DNA of 64,000 bases. Source: an uncultured Actinomycetes bacterium (GTDB lineage: Bacteria > Actinomycetota > Thermoleophilia > UBA2241). The DNA is taken from NCBI GenBank assembly GCA_963767005.1, contig CAVYCN010000003.1, forward strand, positions 320,001 to 384,000, in the 5' to 3' direction. Below the pieces are notes generated by a model. The model was given only the letters and a program-made list of their open reading frames with translations, did not search any database and had not been told where the DNA came from. This document shows positions 41,066 to 50,542 of this stretch, in pieces. Positions within the stretch are counted from its first letter, which is position 1. Each line of letters starts with the position of its first letter. Made by a program: the position numbers and the translations under genes.

Positions 41066-41671
41066 TCAGTCCCGCGATAGTCCCAGGTAGTGGTCGATGA
41101 CGGCGCGCCAGGCGCGCCAGGCACGGGCGTGGTCGAAGCCGTCGGGGTCGAGCGCGCGCTGGATGGCGAGCCCCTCGACCACCGCGATCGTCACGGCCGC
41201 GAGCGCCTCGGCGTCGTCGAGGTCGGTCGGCGCCGCGTCGAGAAACTCGGCGTCGATGCGCCGGAAGAGGCGATACTCGTCGGCGAAGCGCCGGCGCACC
41301 TCCGGGTCGCGCAGGGCCTGGGGCAGCAGCTCGTAAAGCTGGCGATTCACGCGGTCGCGGGCCGAGACGCGCTCCTGCCAGTCGAGGAAGCGCCGCGTGC
41401 GCAGCGGGCCTTCGGCCTCGTCGCGGACCGTCTCGGCGAGCCCCGCCCCGGGATCATGGAAGACGCCGTCGACGAGCGCGGCGATCAGGCCCGCCTTGCC
41501 ACCGAAGTAGTAGGACACGAGCGCGCGGTTGGCGCCCGACTCGGCTTCGATCGCGGCCATCGTGAGCTCGGCGAAGCCGCGTTCGGCGAGGATCGTCTGG
41601 GCCGCCGCGAGGATGCGCTGGGCCGTCGGCGGCAGTGGTCGGGCGGGGCCGAGTGGCGGCTCGGCGGCTAT
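41066..41671 (-). CDS. TetR/AcrR family regulator (paralog of 7031-7741); likely ATA start
   Basis: PTAQRILAAAQTILAERG...ESGANRALVSYYFGGKAGL; shares YELLP and VVEGLAxQ with the first TetR. Confidence 0.85.
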   Translation of the reverse strand: MAAEPPLGPARPLPPTAQRILAAAQTILAERGFAELTMAAIEAESGANRALVSYYFGGKAGLIAALVDGVFHDPGAGLAETVRDEAEGPLRTRRFLDWQERVSARDRVNRQLYELLPQALRDPEVRRRFADEYRLFRRIDAEFLDAAPTDLDDAEALAAVTIAVVEGLAIQRALDPDGFDHARAWRAWRAVIDHYLGLSRD

Positions 41672-43005
41672 GCGCCGAGCTCCTGCTCGACCACGGCCAC
41701 GATGCGTCCGCAGACCGCGTCGCAGTCGCCTTGCGTGGCGGCCTCGGCCATGACCCGCACGAGCGGCTCGGTGCCCGAGGCCCGCACCAGCACGCGACCC
41801 TGGCCGGCGAGGCGCTCGGTCTCGCGCGTAACGGCGTCCCAGACGGCGCGCGCGCCGTCGAGCGCCTCGCGATCGCGCACGCGCACGTTGACGAGACGTT
41901 GCGGCAGGCGCTCCATGACGGCCGCCGCCTCGTGCAGCGGGCGCCCGGTCTCGCCGAGGGCCTGCAACAGGAGGAGCGCGGTCGCCAGGCCGTCGCCCGT
42001 CGTCGACACGTCGCGGTTGATGATATGGCCCGACTGCTCGCCGCCCAGCACGTAGTCGTGCTCGAGCATCTCGGCGATCACGTAGCGGTCGCCGACCGCC
42101 GTCGTGACGACCTCGATGCCCTCGCGCCGCATCGCCAGGTGAAAGCCGAGGTTGGTCATCACGGTGGTGACCACGGTGTCGCCGCGCAGGCGGCCCCGCG
42201 TCTTCAGGTGCGTGGCGAGGATGGCGATCACGAAGTCGCCGTCGACGAGGGCGCCGCGGGCGTCGACGGCGAGCACGCGGTCGCCGTCGCCGTCGAAGGC
42301 CAGGCCCAGGTCGAAGCGGCCCTCGCGCACGACCCGCTGCAGGGCCTCGATGTGCGTCGACCCGCAGTCGTGGTTGATGTTCAGGCCGTCGGGCTCGGTG
42401 TGCAGCAGGCTGAGGTCGGCCCCCGACTCGCTCAGGGCAAGCGGCGCGGCGCGATACATCGCGCCGTTCGCGCAGTCGACCGCGATACGCAGGCCCGACA
42501 GGTCGAGCGGGATGCGACGCACCACGCTCCACACGTAGCTTTCGACCGCGCCCTCGACGACCTCGGCGCGCCCCACCTGCTCGCCGCGCGCCGAGGCGAT
42601 GTCGTGCCGGCCGACGTGACGCTCGATCTCGGCCTCTTCGTCGTCCGACAGCTTGAGGCCGAGGTGGCTGAAGAACTTGATGCCGTTGTCGGCGAAGGGG
42701 TTGTGAGAGGCGGAGACGACGACGCCGGCGTCGGCGCCGCGCTCGACGACGAGCGCGGCGAGCCCCGGCGTCGGGATCACGCCGGCGATCTCGACGGCGC
42801 CGCCGCCGCTCGTGACGCCGGCCACCAGGGCGGCCTCGAGCATGGAACCCGACACGCGTGTGTCGCGGCCGATCAGGAACAGCGGCGCATGGCCGCGATG
42901 GGCGGCCAGCACGAAGGCCGCGGCGCGACCCACCTGGAGCGCGAGCTCGGCGGTGAGCTGCTCGCCGGCCAGGCCGCGGATGCCGTCGGTGCCGAACAGG
43001 GCCAC
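41668..43005 (-). CDS. glmM: Phosphoglucosamine mutase
   Basis: FGTDGIRG, SASHNP, DGDGDR, GGEQSGH, RASGTEP. Confidence 0.97.
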   Translation of the reverse strand: MALFGTDGIRGLAGEQLTAELALQVGRAAAFVLAAHRGHAPLFLIGRDTRVSGSMLEAALVAGVTSGGGAVEIAGVIPTPGLAALVVERGADAGVVVSASHNPFADNGIKFFSHLGLKLSDDEEAEIERHVGRHDIASARGEQVGRAEVVEGAVESYVWSVVRRIPLDLSGLRIAVDCANGAMYRAAPLALSESGADLSLLHTEPDGLNINHDCGSTHIEALQRVVREGRFDLGLAFDGDGDRVLAVDARGALVDGDFVIAILATHLKTRGRLRGDTVVTTVMTNLGFHLAMRREGIEVVTTAVGDRYVIAEMLEHDYVLGGEQSGHIINRDVSTTGDGLATALLLLQALGETGRPLHEAAAVMERLPQRLVNVRVRDREALDGARAVWDAVTRETERLAGQGRVLVRASGTEPLVRVMAEAATQGDCDAVCGRIVAVVEQELGA

Positions 43006-43154
43006 GGTCAGCAGGACCTCCGTTGTGTGGTTGGCGTCACCCCGCCGGCCATGCTACCCCCGCCGCCCGGCGGGCGCCACAGGCCGCGGACACGGCACGA
43101 CCGGTGAGGCGGCGCGACGGCGCGAGCGGAGCAGCGGATGTGATGCCGGTGACG

Positions 43155-43270
43155 AGCCGTGGAACCACGTCACCCCTGGCTGAGCGGCCGCGACGATGTC
43201 GCTCGACGGCCTAGCCGTGGAACGAGGTCACACCCGGCTGAGCGGCGACGATGAAGTCGCTCGACGGCCT
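43155..43270. repeat. Two tandem 58-bp copies of a dispersed two-hairpin repeat
   Basis: agccgtggaac..gtcac...ggctgagcggc.........gtcgctcgacggcct x2 (43155-43212, 43213-43270). Confidence 0.85.
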
Positions 43271-43661
43271 AGCGCTTCGAGAACTGCGGCCGCTTGCGCG
43301 CCTTCTTGAGGCCGGCCTTCTTGCGTTCCTTCACGCGCGCGTCGCGCGTGAGGAAGCCGGCCCGCTTGAGCGGCGTGCGCAGGTTCTCGTCGGCCACGAT
43401 GAGCGCGCGGGCGATGCCGTGGCGGATGGCGCCGGCCTGGCCGGCCATGCCGCCGCCGTTCACGTTGACCCGGACGTCGAACTTGGCCTGGGTGTGCGTC
43501 GCCTCGAAGGGCATGACGGCGATGGTCTGCAGCACGCGGCGACCGAAGTAGTCGTCGAGGTCCTTGCCGTTGACGACCACGCGGCCCACGCCGGGCATGA
43601 GGACGACGCGCGCTACGCTCGTCTTGCGCCTGCCGGTGCCGCTGTAGGTGACTGTGGCCAC
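43269..43661 (-). CDS. rpsI: 30S ribosomal protein S9
   Basis: [12 protein letters not shown]...[27 protein letters not shown]. Confidence 0.98.
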   Translation of the reverse strand: MATVTYSGTGRRKTSVARVVLMPGVGRVVVNGKDLDDYFGRRVLQTIAVMPFEATHTQAKFDVRVNVNGGGMAGQAGAIRHGIARALIVADENLRTPLKRAGFLTRDARVKERKKAGLKKARKRPQFSKR

Positions 43662-43666
43662 GCGTC

Positions 43667-44101
43667 CTACTCCTTGATCGCGAGCGTTTCGGGATGCTGA
43701 GCGTCGTGCGGATGCTTGGGACCGGCGTAGATCTTGAGCTTCCGCAGCTGCGCCGCCCCGAGACGGTTGTGCGGCAGCATGCCCTTGACGGCGCGGCGGA
43801 CGACCTCTTCGGGCCGGCGTGAGAGCAGGTTCCTGAGCGACTCGCCCTTGATGCCGCCCGGATAGCCCGAGTGCCGCCAGTAGGTCTTCTCGTCGAGCTT
43901 GTTGCCCGTCACGACGATCTTCTCGGCGTTGACGACCACGACGAAGTCGCCGGTGTCGATGTTGGGCGTGTAGATCACCTTGCGCTTGCCGCGCAGGGCG
44001 TCGGCCACCACGGTCGACAGCCGGCCGAGGGTCTGCCCGGCGGCGTCGACGACGTACCACTTCTTCTCGATGGTCGCAGGCTTGGCTACGAAGGTCTTCA
44101 C
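43667..44101 (-). CDS. rplM: 50S ribosomal protein L13
   Basis: [40 protein letters not shown]. Confidence 0.98.
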   Translation of the reverse strand: MKTFVAKPATIEKKWYVVDAAGQTLGRLSTVVADALRGKRKVIYTPNIDTGDFVVVVNAEKIVVTGNKLDEKTYWRHSGYPGGIKGESLRNLLSRRPEEVVRRAVKGMLPHNRLGAAQLRKLKIYAGPKHPHDAQHPETLAIKE

Positions 44102-44130
44102 GCGAGAACTCCTTGAATGCGCGAGGGGGT

Positions 44131-44159
44131 ATGATACCCGGTCGCCCGGGGCGACGCAA
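44131..44159 (-). promoter_or_regulatory. rplM promoter
   Basis: TTGCGT-N17-TATCAT. Confidence 0.6.
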
Positions 44160-44237
44160 CCTTCGTTTGCGCCCGCCGGCACGTCCGGCGCCGCGCACCC
44201 CGACCGCCGACCCGCGCCGGCCGTCCCTGAGCGACCG

Positions 44238-45050
44238 TCACGACAGGCGGCGCAGCTCCACGGTGTCGCCGGGCGACAGCCCCAGGACCTCCTCGGCGGA
44301 GCCGGTGTTCACGGCGAGCGCCACCTGGCCGTAGCTGTCGACCAGCACCATGATATCGCTCGGCCGCACCTCGATGAACGAGCGCGCGAGGCGGGCGAGG
44401 TAGCGCTCCCCCGCGCACACGATCTCGATCGTCTCGCCCAGGCGGGCCGCCTCGAGACCGGCGGCGTCCAGGTTGAGGGCGACGTTGCCGAAGCGGTCGA
44501 TCAGCACGGCGGTGGCCCGCAGGCCGCGCCGCGTGGTCGCCGGCGGCGGGATCTCGAGGCGCACGAGGCCGGCCGGCTCGACCGCCGGGCCGAGGAGCGC
44601 GGGCGTCAGGCCCCCGGCCAGGCGCGCCGCCACCGGCGCGAAGATGTCGCGCCCATGGAAGGTCGCCGACAGCGGGGTCGTGAAGAACTCCTCGTTGGTG
44701 ATCTCCCAGCAGTCCGCGATGCCGCCGTCGGCCTCGGCAGCGAGCACGAGCATGCCGTTGTCGGGGCCCACGAAGAAGCGGTCGCCGGCGGAGCGCAGCA
44801 CCACGGCGCGGCGCGGACCGCCGACGCCCGGATCGACCACCGCCAGGTGAACGGCGCCCGCGGGCATGTAGCGCACCGTGTTGCGCAGCACGAAGGCGGC
44901 GCCGACGAGGTCGTGCCGGGAGATGCCGTGGGTGACGTCGATGACGCGCACGTCGGGCGCGAGGCGTGCGATGATGCCGCGGCACGTGCCGGCGAAGTCG
45001 TCTTCGTAGCCGTAGTCCGAAAGAAAGCAGATGTGCCGCGGTGCAGTCAC
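44238..45050 (-). CDS. SAM hydroxide adenosyltransferase (DUF62 family)
   Basis: LSDYG, DVTH, VVDPGVGGPRR, GPDNG, SATFHGRDIFAP, DRFGN. Confidence 0.9.
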   Translation of the reverse strand: MTAPRHICFLSDYGYEDDFAGTCRGIIARLAPDVRVIDVTHGISRHDLVGAAFVLRNTVRYMPAGAVHLAVVDPGVGGPRRAVVLRSAGDRFFVGPDNGMLVLAAEADGGIADCWEITNEEFFTTPLSATFHGRDIFAPVAARLAGGLTPALLGPAVEPAGLVRLEIPPPATTRRGLRATAVLIDRFGNVALNLDAAGLEAARLGETIEIVCAGERYLARLARSFIEVRPSDIMVLVDSYGQVALAVNTGSAEEVLGLSPGDTVELRRLS

Positions 45051-45141
45051 GCGCCAAGTGTACTCGGGATCGCTTGGCGATGCGGCGTCGCGGACATGCG
45101 CGGGGCGCTGGTTGCGGGCGTGGCGCCCGGGCTTTCGGCCG

Positions 45142-46833
45142 CTAGCTGCGCGCGGTCACCGTCACCGGCTTGCTCCTGAAGGTCAGGCCGCCGGCCTTGT
45201 ACGACGCCACGAGCACCCACTTGCCGGCCTTGTCGGGCCTGAGCGCCCAGCGGAACGCGCCCGAACCCGAGATCTTCACGGTCTTCAGCGCCGTCGCTCG
45301 CGCCCCGACCATGCGCCAGAACCGCACGGCCGTCGCCGTCGAGACGAAGTTCCTGACGACGCCCTTCAGAGTGACGGCCTGGCCGACAGCCGTCTTCCGT
45401 GAGGAGGCCGCGAGCGTGAGCGTCGGCACGGCGAACGACTCGGCGTAGACGGCGCCCGCGTAGTCGTGGCCCTCGAACGCCTTGTCGCTGGCGCCGATCA
45501 GCGCCGTGTTGCCCGACAGCGCGACGGCCCCCCCGTAGCAGTCGTAGGGCACCGCGTCGGCGGCCGTCAGCTCGCGCGTGCGCGACCAATTCGCTCCCGA
45601 CCCGTCGAACACATACACGGCGCCACCCGGGTGAGCGGCCAGCGCCTGCGGACGCGCCCCACCCGCGAGTCGCGTCCGCGCCGAGAGCATCGGGCCAAGG
45701 TCGGACTCACCCTGGGCGCCGATCAGCGCCCTGGTGCCGGACAGGGCGAGCGAGCAGCCGAACTGGTCGCCGGCGACCTCATCTGCAGCCTGCAGCTCAG
45801 TCTGCAGCGCCCAGTCCGTCCCCGTGCGCGTGAAGACGTAGGCCGCGCCAGCGAAGCCGTTCGTGCCCACGGTGATGCCTGGCGCACCGATCACTGCGGT
45901 GTCGCCGGAGAGGGCGACGGCCCAGCCGAAGGCGTCGTTCGGAGCCTCATCCACGGCGACGAACCTGGCCTGCTGCGACCAGCTCGAGCCCGAACCTGCG
46001 AAGACGTAGGCCGCGCCGGGCGGGCTCCCCAGGTAGCCGGCGGGAGCACCGATCAGGGCCGTGTCGCCGGAGAGGGCGACAGCGTCGCCGAAATAGGCAT
46101 TGGTGGTCGGGTCGGAGGCGACGAGCCGGGCTTCCTCCGCCCAGCTGGCTCCTGAGCCCGCATAGACGTAGACGGCGCCGGCGGCGGCCTGGTCGGTGGC
46201 GGTCTGGTCGGCGACGGTCGTGCCGCTGGCGCCGATCAGCGCCGTGGTGCCCGCGAGCGCCACCGCGGAGCCGAAGTAGTTGCTGGTGCCCGGACTGGGT
46301 GCGTTCAGCTCGGTCTGCTGAGTCCATTTCGTGCCGGAGCGCACAAAGACGTAGGCGGCGCCGGCCACCTCGTAGCCCGCGACCGTCCTGCCGGGGGCCC
46401 CGATCAGCGCGGAGTTGCCGGAGAGCGCGACCGTCGAACCGAACGCGTCGCCGTCGCCCGGGTCGGCGGCGACGAGCTTCTGCTGGAGCATCCAGGTCGC
46501 TCCGGAGCGCACGTAGACGTAGGCGGCGCCGGCGTTTTCGAGACCGTCGACCGTCTTCTCGCGGGCGCCGATCAGCGCGGTGTTGCCGGAGAGCGCGACC
46601 ACGCAGCCGAACTGGTCGGGGGAGGCCGGATCGGAAGCGTGCAGCTCGGCCTGCTGCAGGGCCACGATGGCGAGAGGGCTCGCGGCCAGCACCCGCGCGT
46701 GGTGCGAGAGCGTCGTGGGCGCGGCCGTCGCCATCGCCGGCGCGAGCAGGAGGGCGGCGGCGACCAGCGCCGCGCACGCCCAGGCGAGCCACCTGGTTGA
46801 ACGAGCGCCGCGGTAAACGTAAGCCAGGGACAC
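45142..46833 (-). CDS. Secreted FG-GAP repeat (beta-propeller) protein with C-terminal beta domain
   Basis: Signal peptide, then seven repeats of FG.xVALSG.TALIGA...GAAYVF. Confidence 0.88.
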   Translation of the reverse strand: MSLAYVYRGARSTRWLAWACAALVAAALLLAPAMATAAPTTLSHHARVLAASPLAIVALQQAELHASDPASPDQFGCVVALSGNTALIGAREKTVDGLENAGAAYVYVRSGATWMLQQKLVAADPGDGDAFGSTVALSGNSALIGAPGRTVAGYEVAGAAYVFVRSGTKWTQQTELNAPSPGTSNYFGSAVALAGTTALIGASGTTVADQTATDQAAAGAVYVYAGSGASWAEEARLVASDPTTNAYFGDAVALSGDTALIGAPAGYLGSPPGAAYVFAGSGSSWSQQARFVAVDEAPNDAFGWAVALSGDTAVIGAPGITVGTNGFAGAAYVFTRTGTDWALQTELQAADEVAGDQFGCSLALSGTRALIGAQGESDLGPMLSARTRLAGGARPQALAAHPGGAVYVFDGSGANWSRTRELTAADAVPYDCYGGAVALSGNTALIGASDKAFEGHDYAGAVYAESFAVPTLTLAASSRKTAVGQAVTLKGVVRNFVSTATAVRFWRMVGARATALKTVKISGSGAFRWALRPDKAGKWVLVASYKAGGLTFRSKPVTVTARS

Positions 46834-47082
46834 AGCTCCCCCTCTCAAGCTGGCGCCTGAAGGCCCACCTGCCCGCCGCTCCCCGCCGGCTCGCGGGTGG
46901 TGACCGTTCGAACCGCCGGCGGATCGCCGCATCCTTGCCGGCGCGATCCTGCGAGCCTGACCAAGCTCGCCAGTTGCCTTCTACAGCGCGCACCGCAGTC
47001 GGTCAAGGAAGCGGCGTAGCCGCTCGAGGATCCACTCCCGCAGCCGGCCCGACACCCTGCCGGCAGGTGCGGAGCGGCATGC

Positions 47083-47964
47083 TCAGGAGCGGCGCGTGCC
47101 TGAGCTCGCCCCGCGACGCGGCGCGGTCGTCCGGTCGGCGCCGGCCGCGTCGCGCATGAGCGCGGTCACGAGACCGGCCGCCGAGTAGACCGTCGCTTCG
47201 ACGGCGACCGTCAGGCCCAGCTCGTGCAGGGTCGCGCTCGTCACCGGCCCGATCGACGCGAGTCGCACGCCGACGAGGCGCTCCGGCAGGCGCTCGGCAC
47301 CCATCAGGGCGACGAAGGCGCGGACGGTGGAGCTCGACGTGAAGGCCACGTAGTCGGCCGCCTCGATGGCGCCCGCCGCGCAGGGCAGTGCGGCCGCGGG
47401 CACCGCGTCGTACAGGTCGACGACGTCGACGAGGGCGCCGTGACGGCGGAGCTCGTCGGGCAGCACGGCACGGGCCGCGCACGAGCGCGGCAGCAGGACG
47501 CGCCGACCGGCGAGACGCCGCGCTCGCGCGGCGAGCGCGGCGACGACCCCTTCGGCCACATGCTCTTCGGGTACGAGGCTCGCGACGAGACCGCGCTCCT
47601 CGAGGGCCGCGGCCGTGCCGGGGCCGATCGCCACGAGCTCGCGGGCCGCGAGCGCCGCGGCGTCGAGACCGCAGTCGCGCAGCCGCTCGCAGAAGATGGC
47701 GACGCCGTTCGCGCTCGTAAAGACGACCGTGCCGTAGCCGTCGAGGCCGGCGATCGCGGCGCGCACCGCGTCGGTCAGGCCCAGCGCCACGATCTCCACC
47801 ACCGGGCAAAGCAGCACGCGCGCGCCGGCCTGCTCGAGGGGCGCGGCCAGGCCGGCGGCCTGGCCGCGCGGCCGCGTGACGACCACCGTGCAACCGGCGA
47901 GCGGCAACGGCCGGGCGGCGGCCACGACGCCCCGGCCGGCGGCCGGCCGGCGCCGCGCGCTCAC
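47083..47964 (-). CDS. hemD: Uroporphyrinogen-III synthase
   Basis: VVVTRP, FTSANGV, IGPGT, FTSSSTV, IGPVT; follows hemC. Confidence 0.9.
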   Translation of the reverse strand: MSARRRPAAGRGVVAAARPLPLAGCTVVVTRPRGQAAGLAAPLEQAGARVLLCPVVEIVALGLTDAVRAAIAGLDGYGTVVFTSANGVAIFCERLRDCGLDAAALAARELVAIGPGTAAALEERGLVASLVPEEHVAEGVVAALAARARRLAGRRVLLPRSCAARAVLPDELRRHGALVDVVDLYDAVPAAALPCAAGAIEAADYVAFTSSSTVRAFVALMGAERLPERLVGVRLASIGPVTSATLHELGLTVAVEATVYSAAGLVTALMRDAAGADRTTAPRRGASSGTRRS

Positions 47965-48941
47965 CGCGCGCTCCCCGGCGTGAGGCCGGCGGCGCGGGCT
48001 TCGGCCAGCAGACGGTCGGCGCCGGCCGCGCGGAGGCGCTCGGCGAGGTCCTCGCCGAGCGCCTCCGGCGCGGCGGCCGGCGCCGTGAGGGCGTCGCGCA
48101 CGGCGCGGGCGCCGTCGAGCGAGCCGACGAAGGCGCGCAGGCGCAGGAGCTCGTCGTCACCGGGTGTCCCGACGAGCTCGGCGAAGGCCGCGATCGGCGC
48201 CTGGCATCCACCCTCGAGAGCGGCGAGCAGGGCGCGCTCGGCGCGCACGGCCAGGGCCGTGGGGCGGTCGTCGAGGCCGGCGACGAGCGCGGCGACGCGT
48301 TCGTCGCCGGCCCGCACCTCGACCGCCAGGGCGCCCTGGCCCACCGCGGGCAGGAGCTCGTCGGTCGAGAACGCAAAGGCGGGGAGCGCCGCGCGACCCA
48401 GACGGTCCAGACCGGCCGCGGCCAGCACGGTGCCGTCGAGACCCTGCTCGGCGACCTTGCGCAGGCGCGTCTCGACGTTTCCGCGCAGATCGACGAGGCG
48501 CAGGTCGGATCGCAGGGCGAGGAGCTGCGCGCGCCGCCGCAGGCTCGAGCTGCCGACGCGCGCGCCGGCCGGCAGCGCCCGCGGGCCGGCCGGCCGCGGC
48601 CCCTCGCCGGCCGCGACGAACACGTCGCGCGGGTCCCGGCGGCGCGTGTAAGCGGCCACGCAGAGGCCGGGCGGCAGGACCGTCGGCAGGTCCTTGGCGG
48701 AGTGCACCGCAAGGTCGACGCGGCCGTCGAGCAGGGCGGCCTCGATCTCCTTCGTGAACAGGCCCTTGCCGCCCACGCGTGCCAGGGGCACGTCGAGCAC
48801 GCGGTCGCCGGTCGTGGCGATCGCCTCGATCGCGACCTCGATGTCCGGGCGTGCCGCGCGCAGGCCGGCGGCCGCCTCCGCGGCCTGGACGAGCGCGAGC
48901 GGGCTGCCTCGCGTGCCGACGACGAGCCGGGTCGTGCTCAA
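47961..48941 (-). CDS. hemC: Hydroxymethylbilane synthase
   Basis: GTRGSPLAL, GKGLFTKE, VHSAKDLP, GSSSLRR, RGNVETRL, EGGCQAP; TTG start overlaps the hemA stop. Confidence 0.96.
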   Translation of the reverse strand: MSTTRLVVGTRGSPLALVQAAEAAAGLRAARPDIEVAIEAIATTGDRVLDVPLARVGGKGLFTKEIEAALLDGRVDLAVHSAKDLPTVLPPGLCVAAYTRRRDPRDVFVAAGEGPRPAGPRALPAGARVGSSSLRRRAQLLALRSDLRLVDLRGNVETRLRKVAEQGLDGTVLAAAGLDRLGRAALPAFAFSTDELLPAVGQGALAVEVRAGDERVAALVAGLDDRPTALAVRAERALLAALEGGCQAPIAAFAELVGTPGDDELLRLRAFVGSLDGARAVRDALTAPAAAPEALGEDLAERLRAAGADRLLAEARAAGLTPGSAR

Positions 48942-50347
48942 GAGGCCGAAGGCCGCTCGCCCGCGGCCGCGCGGACGCGCCGCCGCGCAGTCGTACCCGC
49001 GGGATCGGTCGTCATCGCCGGCAGCTCCACCAGGGCGCCATCGGATGTGGCGCCGTCGGATGTGGCGCCGTCGGCCGACGGCGGACGATCGAGGTCGAAC
49101 AGGCGCCACAGCGCCTCGACGTAGGCGCCGGCCCCGCGCTCGGCGGCGAGCTCCTTCAGACGCACCGTCGGCAGGTGCAGGATCTTGTTCACGATGGCCA
49201 CGGTCAGCCGCTCGACATCGCTCCTCTGCTCGGGCGTGAGCGCGGCGAGCCGGCCGCCCATACGGGCGAGCTCGTCGCGGCGGATGTCCTCGACCGCCCC
49301 GCGCAGTCGCGAGATCGTCGGCACCATGTGGCGGCTCGCGATCCACTCGTTCAGGCGCGCGACCTCCTCGGCGACGATGCGCTCGGCCTGCGCGATCTCG
49401 CGTTCGCGCTCGTGGCGGCCGGCGGCCACCACGGCCCGCAGGTCGTCGATGTCGCAGAGCCGGCAGCCCGCGAGCGCGGCGACGTCGGGGTCGACGTCGC
49501 GCGGGACGGCGAGGTCGATCAGGAGCAGGGGCCGCGCGGGCCGGCGCGCCATGACCGCAGCGACGCGGGCGCGGTCGACCACGTAGCCGGGCGCCGCCGT
49601 CGAGGAGATCACGATGTCGGCGGCCGCGAGCTGCTCGTCGATCTCGTCGAGACAGACGGCGCGGCCGTGGCAGCGTCCGGCCAGCGCCTCGGCCGCGGCC
49701 AGCGTACGGTTGGCGACGATCACGGCGCCGGCGCCCTGGTCGTGCAGGTGGCGCGCGGTGAGCTCGCTCGTCTCGCCGGCCCCCAGGACCAGCACGACAC
49801 GGTCGTCGAGCGTGTCCAGCGCCCGGCGGGCGAGGTCGACGGCGGCTGAGCTCACCGACACCGGCCGCTCGCCGATCGCGGTCTCGCTGCGCACCCGCTT
49901 GCCCACCTCGATCGCCTGGCGGAAGAGCTGGTTGAAGACGGCGCCGGTGCTGCCGGCGGCGCGGGCCGCGTCGAAGGCCTCCTTGACCTGCGCCAGGACC
50001 TGGGCCTCGCCGACCACCAGCGAGTCGAGGCTCGCGGCCACGCGGAAGAGCTGAACGACGGCCGCATCGCCGCTCGCGCAATACGCGGCGGCGGGCAACG
50101 CGGCGGCCGCGACGCCGGCACGCCCGGCGAGGCGCTCGAGCACGCACGCCTCGGCCGTCCGCGCGTCGGCCCCGGCCAGGTAGACCTCGGTGCGGTTGCA
50201 GGTCGACAGCACGACGACCTCGGCGGCGACCCCCGCCGCGAGCAGGTCGCCCCCCAGCAGCACGCTCTCGTCGCGCGCCAAGGCCAGGCGCTCGCGGAGC
50301 TCGATGGGCGCCGTCCGATGGGAGATGCCGACCACCACGGGATGCAT
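48938..50347 (-). CDS. hemA: Glutamyl-tRNA reductase
   Basis: SHRTAPIELRE, LSTCNRTE, SLVVGEAQ, GAGET, DLAVPRD, NKILHLP. Confidence 0.96.
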   Translation of the reverse strand: MHPVVVGISHRTAPIELRERLALARDESVLLGGDLLAAGVAAEVVVLSTCNRTEVYLAGADARTAEACVLERLAGRAGVAAAALPAAAYCASGDAAVVQLFRVAASLDSLVVGEAQVLAQVKEAFDAARAAGSTGAVFNQLFRQAIEVGKRVRSETAIGERPVSVSSAAVDLARRALDTLDDRVVLVLGAGETSELTARHLHDQGAGAVIVANRTLAAAEALAGRCHGRAVCLDEIDEQLAAADIVISSTAAPGYVVDRARVAAVMARRPARPLLLIDLAVPRDVDPDVAALAGCRLCDIDDLRAVVAAGRHEREREIAQAERIVAEEVARLNEWIASRHMVPTISRLRGAVEDIRRDELARMGGRLAALTPEQRSDVERLTVAIVNKILHLPTVRLKELAAERGAGAYVEALWRLFDLDRPPSADGATSDGATSDGALVELPAMTTDPAGTTARRRVRAAAGERPSAS

Positions 50348-50379
50348 CGACGTGCCTTCCTACCCGCTGCGCCTCGGGC

Positions 50380-50541
50380 TCAAGCCTCACGCTCCCGCCG
50401 CCGGGCCTCGTCCTCGAGGCCGCGCAGGTCGCGCTGCAGCCGCGTGAGGCGCCGGGCGGCCACGATCAAGTAGGCCACGAGCACCACAAGCACGGCGCCG
50501 TAGGCGGCCGCTACGTACTTGACGGCTTCGGTGAGCGGCAT
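50380..50541 (-). CDS. ccmD: Heme exporter protein D-like small membrane protein
   Basis: YVAAAYG, single TM helix, basic tail; directly after ccmC. Confidence 0.7.
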   Translation of the reverse strand: MPLTEAVKYVAAAYGAVLVVLVAYLIVAARRLTRLQRDLRGLEDEARRREREA

Positions 50542-50542
50542 G

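Noticed and set aside
43155-43270. Tandem repeats as a mini CRISPR array (also 60227-60339)
   Set aside because: Units are directly adjacent with no unique spacers, there are only two per locus, and no cas genes are present
44238-45050. Fluorinase/chlorinase
   Set aside because: It has the Asp-Arg-His triad context (VVDPG, GGPRR, TFHGRD) of SAM hydroxide adenosyltransferases and no halometabolite cluster nearby
49035-49080. 15-bp tandem repeat (DGATS) in the hemA tail, and a similar AARPA repeat near 19930-19970 in the ALS N-terminus
   Set aside because: Short in-frame slippage repeats in disordered termini with no evident function
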